Source: Botryllus schlosseri
Lineage: Eukaryota
Assembly (NCBI GenBank): GCA_051294905.1
Contig: CM119372.1
Location: 4,342,001 to 4,402,000, forward strand
Length of the DNA stretch: 60,000 bases
Direction of reading: 5' to 3'
In this document: piece after piece, positions 39,517 to 52,668 of the stretch
Numbering within the stretch: position 1 is the stretch's first letter
Layout: each line of letters begins with the position of its first letter
Made by a program: the position numbers and the translations under genes
The notes under the pieces: generated by a model
What the model was told of the DNA's origin: nothing
The model's input: the letters and a program-made list of their open reading frames with translations, nothing else
Database searches by the model: none

Positions 39517-41406
39517 CATACAGTCACACTAATTTGCAGTATGCACTACAATCCTTTCGTTTTGTGTGAAAACCATGTTTCATTGGTTTTGTTCTTTTAA
39601 CACTGTTGTTGATGTACAGCTCATTGTGTAACGGTATTTTGAGGCAATGTGTAATGCGTAACTAGGCGTAAACATGGGATTCGAAGAAGGCCGCAAGCGT
39701 GGACTTTAGCGTATGTCTGCCAGGTCATAGGAAAGGTTTAGAACCACGCTACTATGGCCATTCAAGCGGCATCGAACACAAAACATGATCTCAGTAAGAA
39801 AATTAGACGGGATTGCCCAGAGCAAACTCTATCAAGTGAGATAATCATTGAAGGCAGACATCGGTAAAAATCCTTTGCGAGCAACTACTGAATCATGCAT
39901 GCGACCTGCATGAAGGCTGATCGTGACCTGGTGCAGTTCATGCATACTGTAATTTCGACGCCTATTCGAACACTATACATAAAAACAGCAATGCACAACA
40001 GCCGGAAGCATTACGCAACTATTTGTACGTTGATGCCATACTTAAAAAACTACATAATTGAATAGTATATTTAATTGTATGTTGAAGTTCTGTACCTCCA
40101 AGAAGCTATTCAACTATATAATTCTAGTTGTCTATAATTTGACTGCGGTGGTTCTCAACCGCCGGTCCGTAGAAAGTTTCCTGTCGGTACGCCAAATATA
40201 TTTATAATTTTATATCTCAATTCCAAACTGTAAGAAGTTGGATCCTTGTCGATTAATTAGAGAAATGTAACATCAATTGGTGAGTTGATTAAGAAATTTT
40301 AAACATGTTTTTTTGCATGGCTTCGTTATGGAGAGGGTCTACTTTGGGAGTACGTCACGTTGGTGTAAGTGCTGCACGAAACTGTCCAAAAGTATAGCCT
40401 GAAACTCGTTTCGGGCAGTTTATATGTGAAATACTTTTAAACGAACCTCTTTAAATTCCGGCAGTGCAATTAAGGGACACTGGACAGTGTAATAGAGGCT
40501 ATAGTTGGGTTACCATATATTGGAATCGGGAAAGGGGGGCACTTTTATCAAATCACAAAAGTTAGTTTACCGAAATTGAAAATAGCTGATTTTGAAATAT
40601 TTACTGGAAATTCTATTGCGTTGACTAAAATAAGGTCATTTTTCGGTTTTGACTCCTGCGTAAGGCGTAACTCGTCTATCTTTTAGCCCAAAATTTGACG
40701 TTTTCCGTGGTCTTTTAGGGCATTTTAGGCTAAAACTGAGGACAAATCGTCAAAATGGGGACATTTTGGCGAAGGGAGGACATTTCTTCAAAAGGTGGAC
40801 CGGGGCCTACGATATTCATGAATATCGTAGGCCCCGGGGGGACAAATCCTCCTAAAGGAGAACGTATCGCGACCCTAGACCAACAGCAAGGTCGCATTTC
40901 CTTCAAACGATATCGAATAATCGAAAACAAGTTAGTGAGCGTCTTTAACAGGACTTCGCTAGCTTCGATTTGCAGAAACTTCAATAGAACCACACACAAA
41001 TATCTTATATAAAAAATACAGCATTAAATGCGGTTTCCAATATTACATTAAGTTGCATACAAATATGTAGCAATTAAATTTAGGGTTAATTTTGATTTTG
41101 ATGGTTCGCCGGTCCGCAACATTTGTTTTGAAGTTTTACCGGTCCGCGCTTATGAGCTGAACTTGATTTTTTTGTACTTCTACGATTTTATTCAGTTTCC
41201 AAGTTTTTTTCGAATTCAGTTATTCTAATTCCAATCTAATTTGGAAAAACGTGTAGCTGTAGCTGTAAAATTTCCTATAGTTGACCAACTCTGGTTTTTA
41301 TCATCGTAAATGAACCGTAGCATTCATAAGCTATAGCAACCCTCATACGCAGCAAACTATTAAAGCTGGGTAGACATGCGAGTGCGATACGGATGCCTGA
41401 GGTTAC

Positions 41407-44400
41407 CTGCGCAGAATCAGCTTTTAAGCGCAAAATTCCAGTCACCCACACGTCCTCCAGGTGCAGCATTTTTGTATCCAATGATATCCGGTAAAGTTGG
41501 TTCGCCAAATCGTAAGGGATCACAAAGCACCATCCAACGCACGATAACGGATACCTTGAAATTATTCCTCAAAATTACGGCCCATGAATATTCCGCCGAT
41601 ATCGATTGCGTACGCGCCAAATTTTATGACTTGTTCACTCTAAAACCCTCCGCACACAGATACAGAATTCTTATACCGCACTTAGCAGGATTAGGACGAA
41701 TAGCATGTAAGGCATTATTTACCGAGATTGCAGATATTCACTTAGAGGAGAGTCATAAACCGTGTCAAACCTAAACCCAATACGACTAGTTACTACTAAA
41801 TATATTTCAGATCGATAATATTATTACCTAATCTTGACATCGCAATATTGATCGCTTAGTTTTACCGACGCGCGCTTTGTTATGCTTTCCAGTACTTCCC
41901 AACCTTTTCAAGAACTATACGCACTTTTATTTTTGGAAAATTTTTTTCTGCCCAAAGCAACCAACCTTTTTATTCAAATGCAAAACAAATAGACTGCAGG
42001 TTTATCAAGGACTCGGTTCTGCAAAATATTTCTAGATATATTTCTGACCAGTTACGCACAACTTCTAGCTCCAATAGCTTGCGGCTTGCGCGTGAAAAAA
42101 ATCTGTAAAAGCTATACGATAAGCGGTGCGATGCAAGTCGAACAAGTTTATATAAAAGGTGTCGCAACAATAATTGTTACAGAGTCACTGTATGACTGTA
42201 CTTAATATCCTATATTAACTTCATTGACACAATTATTCATCCACATCACGTTTGTCATCCGCACTGCAATTTTCTGTGTTATAAAACACTTTTTTTGAAA
42301 CATGTTTTTAACCGTGTTTAAAAAAAAGAAAAAAAATTTAAACGTATAATTACGCCATAAATTACTTCTTCATACGTTGTATAATTATGCCTATATTTCC
42401 AAATTGTGTTTCGACAAAACGTGTATTGTGAGCCTTCGGACTATTTGCACCCCATATAGTCCACGTAAGCAAGTAGATATAGATCAGGGGTTCTCAACCC
42501 GCGGCCCGCAGACGATTATTTTGCGGCCGCGGCATCTTCCATTATGAACGCAGTTGCTACTGGCACAGTATTGTTATGGAAGACCGATGTATCATGTTTG
42601 TCTGGCACAGTATTGTTATGGAAGACCGCTGTGTCATATTTGTCGAAGAACAGTTGTTGTAACGAAGCGTAGAAGCTTAAAATGATACCACGATAGTCTC
42701 TTCTGGAGTGATACATATCGCCTGATCTTAGAGGTAAAAAGTTGCTAGCTAGATGTCAAGCCTAGCAATCCATATTTCGAGGCATTGTTAAAATTGCCGA
42801 CGACGTTACCGACGCATTGTTCAAAATTCTTAGAATATCGCTAAACCCAAGAATCTGCGAGAGAAGGTGTGACTGCAATAAAACTTCAACGTACTGTGCA
42901 AATATTCGCTGTTTCTGCAACTTTTAGCAGCACGGCCAACACAACCTCACCTGACAAATTTCGAAACTACAGTTGTCTGATTCAACCGTCACCAGAAGAG
43001 TAACAGCAGTACAAGTCGAAGTTTAATCGCGTGTTCTGAAACACGTTGCCACGTAGACTACTTCAGCCTCTAGCGTTGGACGAATCCACCGACTCACACA
43101 CATTGCATAGCTAATTATCCAGGTGCGTTTTATCAGATTGGACATGGACATATTTCCAGAGGAAATGCTGACGGGGCAAACGTGCGAAGGGGACCAGTGA
43201 AAAACATCAACTTGACAAAGCTGACTACTGTAACTATTGGTGTTGCGCCAGTCATGGAAAAAATAAGATGGGTTGATTGGTTTGCTCAGAAATAACCCCA
43301 CACACCAGACTTCTTCCGTATCACTGAGAGCTCAAAGTGATAACGGCCTCTGTAACGAATAACGTAATCTGAACGGAATTTTATACTTGCTCGCTCACGC
43401 ATTGAAACAGTGAGTTCTATGGTGGAAAGGTTTGAAGGTGCATATACCGACTTGCATCGAATGCTATGCACTGCACACGCCCCGTGAAGGTATTTACTTG
43501 CGCGGCTGAAAGATGGATATTGTCACAAAAAAAAAGAAACAGCAACTGCAAACTTACGAACGCTGTCCATTATTGCTTTAGAATGCATTAAAATGTACTA
43601 AATTTCCGTATAAGACTGGTAAATAGGCTACAGTAGCCTAAATCTAATAGTAGCCCAAAAATACATGGCGATAATGTTCTGCGGCCCGCGGCGTCTTTTG
43701 TTGTTACAATGCGGCCCGTTATACGAGGGAAGTTGAGAACCCCTGATATAGATCATTGGTACGGAATTGGTGATCTGATGATGGTGACAGCCGACCGTAA
43801 AAATGATGCATGACGATGCAGTCCCGGTTAAACATATTTTTGGTCTGTTTATGACAGTGGTCGGAAGCCTTTTTCGTCGAAGGAGCCATATTTATCCTAT
43901 ATTTCCTATTGTCAATGTTAATCCAATATAACGTTACAACTACGGATTCGTAGCGTCATTGCATAAACAAACACAATAAAAGCATTTTTAAACAAGAGCC
44001 ATTTTTCAAACATGTTTGTATTAAATTGATTATTGTTTTAAATGCAACCCTAATTTACACGAAAACAGCATTTCTAAACCAGACTTACTCGGTTCAATGA
44101 TTTGCATATCGCGCGGATCGAATTGATATGATATACGCTAATCTACACGCCTTGACGTAATTCGCATTATGAGGTTGACTCACTGGCTATTAGAATATTC
44201 ATCGTAAGAAGTTTTCCACTTCCCATCTCTCCGAACGATCGGTCTGAAAACCTTCGCGCAACTGATGTCAGAATTCATCCTGTAAAATACACTTTCTTGC
44301 TGATATTTCGAACTACGCCAATGCAAAGCACTTCCAGACCCGTTTTTGGTGTTCGCGATTTCTTCGACAATGTTGTTGACATCTGGGAACACGTCATCGT

Positions 44401-47400
44401 CCACGTGTATCAAAAAATCGGCGTCTTTGCAGTAGGTGGATATCCATTTCAACTGGCCTGTGTTGCGCATAGAAGTATTTGAAATATGATTATTAGATAC
44501 TCACTGATGGTAGTCATGATATTAGTAGTTCGTAGTTATCGGGAATATCAGTACACTGTATATATCTATACAATTGAATACTATAGTCATAGTCATATTG
44601 AAATGTATCCGAATCGTTACGGATGACACTCGTCAAGGGTAATCGTGAGCCGACCAGTGCGAGCCAAAAAAATTCGGGTACATTTCAATATGACTATGAC
44701 TATACTATTCAATTGTATATTGAGGTTCTGTACCTGCAAGAAGCTATGAGCTTCGTATCAGTTGTTCCCGACGTGGCCGATATCGAACCCCACTGGGAGA
44801 TTTTGAGAAAGAAGGGATGAAAATAGCAAAGGGGGCGACTGGGGGCGAAAATGTTAGAACGTCCAGTGAGATACATTTAATTAACACGGCAAATAATGCA
44901 CGCGAAGACGGCTTAATCTGCATATGACACGAAAGATAGGTCAACTCAACGGAAAGTAGACGCGAATTCCGGTTTTCCGGGCAACTACTCGATTCACCAG
45001 CGATCAGAGTTAATTGACTAAATTTCCAGTTTACATGTTCGCTTTTTTAGATTCGTAAATGTGAGGGGGGCGAAAATCTGTGTCGAGCTTGCTAAGGGGG
45101 TGATCAGTCGAACAAGGTTGGTAACCGCTGGTATGTATCTATAAGATTATTGACATTTGACCGTACTCAACCGGTAATAAATCATGCATGGATTACAGAA
45201 CTGAGTGAATTCACATAAAATAGCATAGAATAGCATAAAATGTCACGAAAGTGACTAGCAACTAAGCACTCCCATTTTTATAGTACTCAATTAGGTTGTA
45301 CCTACTTGCTGTACTTACTCAAGTTACTTGTATACACTATTTACTATTCTACTTGAGCCGTTTTGAGGCGAAACTACTTACTCTTGACGGTTTTGATTTG
45401 GAAAATTGGAAAGTAACGTTGGGATAAGTTTGCATCACACTTATGTGCGAATAGCCATAATAACCGCGCGAAATAGCCAACGCAGTAACTGCCGAATATA
45501 GAAAGATTTTGCACGTTTGTAGCGTCGAGGGTCACCATATTTTGAGATCAGGAACAGAAGACACTTTTTTACAAATAGCAAAACTTACAATTCGCGCGAG
45601 GAATTGGGTAATTTGAAAATTTTTACTGGGAATATTGTTGTGTTGACTAAAAAAAGGTCATTTTTCCAAATCGACTCCCAAAAGACCTGATCCAACATCA
45701 GATTTTGTGCACTCCAGTCGCCCCTGCCTTCGGAATATAGTTTTTTACGCGTCATTGATGCCCTTTTTAGTTGTGCCTGTACGTACATTGTACAATCGTC
45801 CAAGTTGTAAAGGAGGAGGGATTGCTAAAAAGGAGGATATTTAGGAGTCCTCGGAGGACATTTTAGATTTCTTCAAAAGGAGGACAAATTTACCTAAAGG
45901 AGGACGTATAGTAACCCTAGCCATTCGTCATTTTGCTTTAGTTATGGAGATGCATCTTTCAATACCGAAACTAGCTACCATCGAATAAATCTCAAAAGTA
46001 CGCTAAACATCGTCAAATCTACTTTTTAAAACTCCGTACTGTAGTATTGTCATACTTTTTTAATTTCTACTCCACTTGCAATTGAGTAGAAATTCACGGC
46101 GTTACGTCAATTTGAGTAGCAGCACTGGCTATATATTTTGACCGCCCCTGCTAACTCACAAACTTTTGGTTCAAATACAATTCTCATTGAATTTCGAAAA
46201 AAACGTCAATCCAAATTCCAAGCATGAGAATATCATAGTGAGACTCCAACCATGAGAGCTTAGCACGCTGTCTCTGTAAGATTCCGAAATATTTCTGTCG
46301 ACCTTGCGATTTCAGCGATAAATTGCGATATGTATCCTGATAGCTTTCCTGGACAATGTCACCGTACTTTTGGGCTTCTAAACTCAAACGGGAATTGGTC
46401 CCAGGAACACCGTCATCGCCTAGAAAATGCGATAATAATTGGAGATATTCGAGATGGAGCGTTGGTCTAACATGTGGTATACCCAGAAAAAACAGCACTC
46501 CAATTTCAGCATTGTGGGCTTTGCTGAGGGACGCCCACGTGCGACGGATAATTTTTCTTCTCGAAAACTCTGTGACAGAACTTCCGACTGCGAATAAATA
46601 TTTTATTCTTCTCGGTCTGTCGTGTTTGTAATCACGTTGACAAAAACGCACTGGATTATGTAAATAACTGAAACATAAAGTGATGATAAATTATGTTGTC
46701 TCAACATTATTACGCGGCTTACGGAAAATCATGCGCGGTCTTGTTGGTTCGATTTTCGGCGAAATCTTTCGGTATTCCAAGCGAGCCCTTCGATTCTTTT
46801 ACATACCCCTTTTCGTTCGATATTGAGTACGATTCGGCTGAATATATTCTAAATGCGTAATCAAGCACTGTGAAATTCAATGACGCACGCCTTCTGGGCT
46901 GACCGTGGTGTGGATACTTGTAGATCAATTTGAAAGTCTGATTAGTGCAGAGACGCATCGACGAGAATATAAGATGCCGCGTAGCTTTTTTATAACACGG
47001 TATCTAGAAGATATGTTTTAGCCTAGAATGGTTATTCCTTATCCACGATACAAGTCAAGGGAGATGAGCTACATTTGGATCACAATAACGGTCAGTCTGA
47101 TCCTCTTACGAGACCACGGATGGACCAATGCAGTGACGTGCGGTCCAATGAGGCAGGTGAGGCAGTACCTCACCTGTCGTCAGGGCGAATAAGTGAAAAT
47201 AGTGAAAACCCTCCATGAGTCGATAATTATTGATATTTTACATCGATGTTCATAAATAATTAAAATTGAACATTTTTTCACACAACATCATCAATTTTCA
47301 TAATTATTATTCAAAAATACAGCGCGAAAGGAGAGTTGCGGCACAGGTGAGGCACGGGCGGGTCGTGCCTCACCTGCGACAATGCAATTCATCATAAATA

Positions 47401-48019
47401 GCTCGGAATTCATAACAACTGGTATCAATCAAATCCTATCGTCACACTGATTCCGAAAACCCAAATATTAACAGCGGCAGACCACCAGAACCCCCTCAAA
47501 TCGCCAAGGAAGGTGACATTCGGCCTTATTACAAACAATGCCATCGCAGCGAAACAATGACCAGGTGAGGCACAAACGAATTTGCCTCATGCACTATTCG
47601 TTAACAATTAGACAATCGCAGCACAGTGAAACGCGCTATCGATTTCGGAATACAAGTCTTGACTCTCTTGTAGGAATCATATAGTAGCGACGGCCAATAC
47701 GTAATGCGGAACAAATACATTCCCATACTTATGTAGCTGTTATTTATTTTCCGTTAAATTGTGGTATGTGATAGCTACTTGCATAGGCTGCATCGTCGTT
47801 GCTTTATGCTCCGAATAATTTATACCGGTACTTGAAGAGATAGTAATTATTATCCGTCTAAACTTGCCCATTTAGCACAATAGCGACCAGTCCTACATGC
47901 ATTGTACAATGTGGAATTGCAACGGCTATCAGTGTGCAAAGAAAATGCTCTCTATACCCGCTGCTGTTGTTATTCACATTTTGGATCTCTTTATCAAGTA
48001 GGCTACTTTATGTGCGTGA

Positions 48020-48063
<44 letters not shown>

Positions 48064-48400
48064 GAGGGGGGTCCGTGCCTTACCAGCCATGAACCTCACC
48101 GCACGTCCCTGGACCAATGTCTATTGATGCATTGGCTTCAGACTCACCGCACACACGTCGAAGTAAATTCTTACCTTAAAATGATGATTGGAGAGCTGTT
48201 GAGTATCACAATAGAGAAAGTTACAGCCAGAATTCCCGCGAAATATCTTAGCCTACGCATCTTCCATGATCTGATCAACCTGACAAGCGCAGCGTTTTGC
48301 AGCAGTGGAGTCCTGGCAACTACGGTGCAGCCTCTCACGAATTGAACATATCGACGTAATGCCTGAGGGTAACAAGACTCGGTGAAGCGTAACTCACCAT
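41407..48400 (-). CDS. GT31 beta-1,3-galactosyltransferase-like (B3GALT/B3GNT family) type II membrane protein; terminal exon not identified
   Basis: In-phase exons ATG 48400-48398, 48362-48175 (TM anchor RYFAGILAVTFSIVIL), 46848-46723, 46667-46483, 46419-46303, 44457-44340, 44279-44184, 41554-41407. Motifs RKIIRRTWA, LFFLG, EAQKYGDIVQESYQDTYRNLSLKS, HVDDDVF (DxD), GKW, YPLSCVG, LHLEDVWVTG. Confidence 0.92.
42485..43745. mobile_element. hAT-Charlie-like non-autonomous element inserted in a host-E copy
   Basis: TIR CAGGGGTTCTCAAC; perfect TSD ATATAGAT; 42-bp tandem duplication at 42561-42644. Confidence 0.9.
47131..48111. mobile_element. hAT-like MITE (CAGTGACGTGCGGT) with GAGGCA motifs and a (GT)n tract
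   Basis: TIR CAG(T/G)GACGTGCGGT; perfect TSD GACCAATG; (GT)n microsatellite at about 48025-48059. Confidence 0.9.
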
Positions 48401-49302
48401 GTCATTGCAATCATAGAGTGATTGCAAGTCTTGTCATGCGGAAATGATTTTATGAAATGGATGTGATGCGATTGTTTTTTTTAAGTAGAATATGATGAAA
48501 TTGGTTGTCATGGTATGGTATGGCTGATACGCTATTGTTCGGATCAATGCCGATTCTCATCTTTGAGGGTGATTCGGGAGGGAGGAGGTTCCAGTACCCT
48601 GACCCAGAAAAGTGTTGTGTATTCGGAATCAGTTCAACTATATCTTTCGATTGAAACAGGCTTTATTAAACGTTTTATTAAACATAGTATAAGATGAGTA
48701 CTCAGTGGCGGCTCGTCCCATAGGGCAACTGGGGCATTGCCCCACCTAAAATTCTGTTCAATAACAATTTAACCATTTATAGACGCACAGCAATCAATAT
48801 ATACCGAGATCACAGCGAAACCCGCGTTCTTCTTGTGCTTTCGCTTGCAAACGCCCATACATAGCGAAGTCTCTGCGAAAATCGAATTCTCTTCTGTGTT
48901 TTCGCTTTGTGAATGCCTAGCCGGGGCTTGCCCCGGTAGCGCTCATAACAAGCTTTCACTATCTATTCTCTCAAAGCCGCGCACAATAAAGAAACGGTGA
49001 TTTACTCTCTCCTATTCGTAAAATGGCCGAGCAACCGGGGCAAATATGCTTGCTCGCCCCTAAGGTGTGATGTAACAATCGTATCTATATCTGAACTCGG
49101 TTACCGTAATATGCGTTGAGTCGACCTTTGCTGGAATAGGTCGATTTTGACGGTGTTTCGCACCATGATATTTCTTGAAACTTGGTATGATATGTCGTGA
49201 AGGTAGTATTTAACACTGCTCCAAGTTTCAGGCTTGCTACTTAAAGATAATGGTAGTAATTCCATTTCCGAAGTTCAGTGTGTGCTGATCTATCATGTAC
49301 AT

Positions 49303-49921
49303 TAGGGCTGTTCAAAAATAACCTTTTTTCTTGAATCTTGCTGGTTACTTGATTAAATCGTTAGGTTGCCTTAAAAAATGACGCACACCAAATTTGAATT
49401 CATTCCAACCAATATTCGCGGATTTCGTAGAGTTTGAAAATTTTGAATTTGCCTAGAAATGCAAAAAAAAATTTTTTTCCAATTTTCCTTCCAACCCCAT
49501 GAAATTGTTGCGCTGTCTTCAAAAACGATGGAAAACAAATTTGACTCAATTCCAAGCTGCAGAAGCGGAGTTATTCAAGTTTTTTGATGATAATTCTGGG
49601 ATTATCCTTGATTGGTGGATCATCCCAGAATTATCATCAAAAAACTTGAATAACTCCGCTTCTGCAGCTTGGAATTGAGTCAAATTTGTTTTCCATCGTT
49701 TTTGAAGACAGCGCAACAATTTCATGGGGTTGGAAGGAAAATTGGAAAAAAATTTTTTTTTGCATTTCTAGGCAAATTCAAAATTTTCAAACTCTACGAA
49801 ATCCGCGAATATTGGTTGGAATTAATTCAAATTTGGTGTGCGTCATTTTTTAAGGCAACCTAACGATTTAATCAAGTAACCAGCAAGATTCAAGAAAAAA
49901 GGTTATTTTTGAACAGCCCTA
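49303..49921. mobile_element. Near-perfect foldback MITE (300-bp arms, 19-nt loop)
   Basis: 49303-49602 is the reverse complement of 49622-49921 with one mismatch seen; flanked on both sides by ATGTACAT. Confidence 0.95.
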
Positions 49922-51240
49922 ATGTACATAGTAAAGCAAACAGATTTTACTCAAAAGCCGGTATTGGTCTCCATTGATTTTGACGATGTTCTATACCGAG
50001 ATCGGTCATGACATTTGGCACGATAAGTGTTAGTATCGACCGCTGTAACAAGTTTTAAGCTTGTCACTGAACTATGTGGGTGGTAATTTCGTTTCCAAAG
50101 TCGAGTAAGAGCTGACTCTTCATTTATCGCCAACAAATTTACGCAAAAGCCGTTATTGGTCTCTATTGATTCCAACGATGTTCCATACCTAGATCTGTCA
50201 TGAGCTTTCGCACGGTATGTCTGGATTTTAGTATCGAACACGGTGCCAAGTCTTAAAGTTGACACTCAATGATTGAGGCAGTTATTTCGTTTTCGAGGTC
50301 GAGTATGGTAGAGATGCGCGCTGATCTGATACTTAGCCTACCTACGTCATTGCGGATCTCACGCAATAGCCGGTGTCGGTCTGTGCTAATCTATAGTCTG
50401 CGTTCCATAACGAGATCGGTGATGATATTTCCAATGGTATATCTCGATGATCGCATGAAACAGCTGACCAAGATTCTCGGTTTGCATTCAAATATTCACA
50501 TAATTTTATGTTCGCCAATGTCCATTTCACTGTGAAATTGTGGCCTTCAAACCATTTGCTTACAATCCCCTGTCAAATGCGATAGCTATTTCATTTTCGA
50601 TGTCGGCTAACAGCTGATCATTCGATCAGCCTATTCCTCGATCTATTTTACTCAAAGTTCGGTGTTCGTCTGTTTGTATTGATATTGACAGTGTACAATA
50701 CCGGAATGGGTTATGAGATTGCGTATGCTACTTCTCGATGATTTCTTGTAACAGCATACTAAGTTACGGCTTTTATTCATGTATTTATTGATTAGTATAT
50801 TTTCCAACGGCGATTTCGCAGCAGATTTATAGACTGTAAGCCGTATGTGTTGTGTCACAGTCTCCAGTTTCAAGGCCAAAATGTCCTATGATGTTCCGAG
50901 ACCGAAGTTCCGAGGCTGCTGTCCTTAGTTCTTCAAAGACCATTCAAATTGATGTTCTGGATTCAATATGACAGGCCCAATCTATGAGATAACAATTGCG
51001 TATGTGTCCGAACTCGTTGACCTTTCCAGTTAGGCTTACGCAATCTCTCGAGTTCTAGTCATTGGAATGAGTCAGGTCAAGTCAAGTGCGAACATGAATC
51101 GTATTGAATCTTTGCTCCGTACGTAGTTTACGCAGTTGTCTTTAGAGCGAAAATGAGAGGTCTAGAAGTTGTCCAGTCTATTGATCCAATCGTACGCCGG
51201 GTGCCTACGTTTTGGTTGCCTATTATCACCTGGTCGTAAC

Positions 51241-51514
51241 CAGAGATGGCCACAGTCCGGTTCAGGAGCCGGAGCAGGATTTCAATGTTTTTTTACCTGG
51301 CCGGACTGGATCCGGATTTTGAATTTGGGATGACGGTCGGATTTTAGCCGGATTTTTTTGCTGTGATATGATTAATTAGCATTGTTCTGGCAGGATTTTT
51401 TCGGATTCCGAACTGGACATTCACCAGCCGGATTTCTTTGGACTATGAATTTCCAATTGCCAGCCGGATCCGGATAGATTCGGATCCCGAAATTTTGGAA
51501 TCCGCCCATCTCTG
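51241..51514. mobile_element. 274-bp hAT-like MITE with CCGGA arrays
   Basis: TIR CAGAGATGG; perfect TSD GTCGTAAC. Confidence 0.9.
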
Positions 51515-52668
51515 GTCGTAACCACCAGCTCAGTGGTCGTAACACACCAGGATCGTGTACGAAACACTTTCGGACGGGCTTAGAAAAATTATGGTCTATC
51601 GATTTGCGTAATCTATAACTCTACCATGAAATCATAACGCATGCTACTAAGGATGACCTGATACTTGATTCGTGGCATAGGGACGATTCTTAGTTCACGT
51701 ACATTTTGTAAAATAATCCTTTGTTAAAAAATAAATGAATAAAACATTTGTTACCACACTTCAAGTCACGGCTCACCGGCAAACCTCTCGCGGCACCTAC
51801 GTTAAAATCACTGTTGTCGGGAAATTCATGTGAGCATCATAAAGTTACTTTTTTACGTTGGAAAACGCCATTGTGACGTCATGTTGATAAAAGTCGCTCG
51901 CAGCCCTTGCCCCACCACCCGATATTGTCACGAGCCGCCACTGTGAGTACTCAGTACTCACACAAGCATATCAATCATAACTTACCTTCCAATAGCTCAT
52001 CAGATGGAGTAGAATGATGCACGCAAATCTTCAAATCTTCTTTAAATGATTGCAGGTTATGAACATCTATGTTGACGCACGCGCACAGTGCCTGTTATAG
52101 GATTGCATTTAAAACAAATGATTGTTTAAAACAATGGTTTTAAAAAAAAAGTGTTGTAGTGGTAGTTGTATAATTATGCCATAATTGTGTAAATACTTTC
52201 CCAAAACATGTTGTATGAGCCTACCAATGATATACGGACGACTATTAACACCCAACATAGCCGACGTATACCATATGCCATATGGGATGGTGGGAACGTG
52301 AGGTTCACGTTCGCGTTCGCGTTCTGTGTGTGAATGTGAACCTAACCTGAATATGAATGTGAACCTAACCTTGGTAGGTTCTGCACTGTGAACCTTTTTC
52401 ACATATTACAATTTTCACTCCATTATAACATCGTTGGTTGACATTTATTGCATTGCAACTGCGGGTCACTCTATGCATGGCGCTGGCAGCATAATAAAAA
52501 TCTACACTAAAAGAGCATGCACCATAACAATCTCAAAATTTTTACTTGCGTTGCTACAAAAGTTTGCTCGAAATATCCAGCTTTCTGTTTGTGAATATTT
52601 AGTCACTCTCTGCTGTGAACTTGACCCGTAATCACAGAACATCAAGATCGAAATACACTACATGTAGG

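Larger units (their letters stand above)
48703..51943. mobile_element. 3.2-kb composite hAT-like element
   Basis: TIR CAGTGGCGGCTCGT; perfect TSD TGAGTACT; contains the 49303 hairpin and the 51241 MITE. Confidence 0.9.
48398..52066 (-). other. Candidate upstream exons of the GT31 gene (52066-51986 and 48429-48398)
   Basis: Strong donors GTAAGT (51985) and GTGAGT (48397). Both exons are open and in phase with the CDS; could be coding or 5' UTR. Confidence 0.45.
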
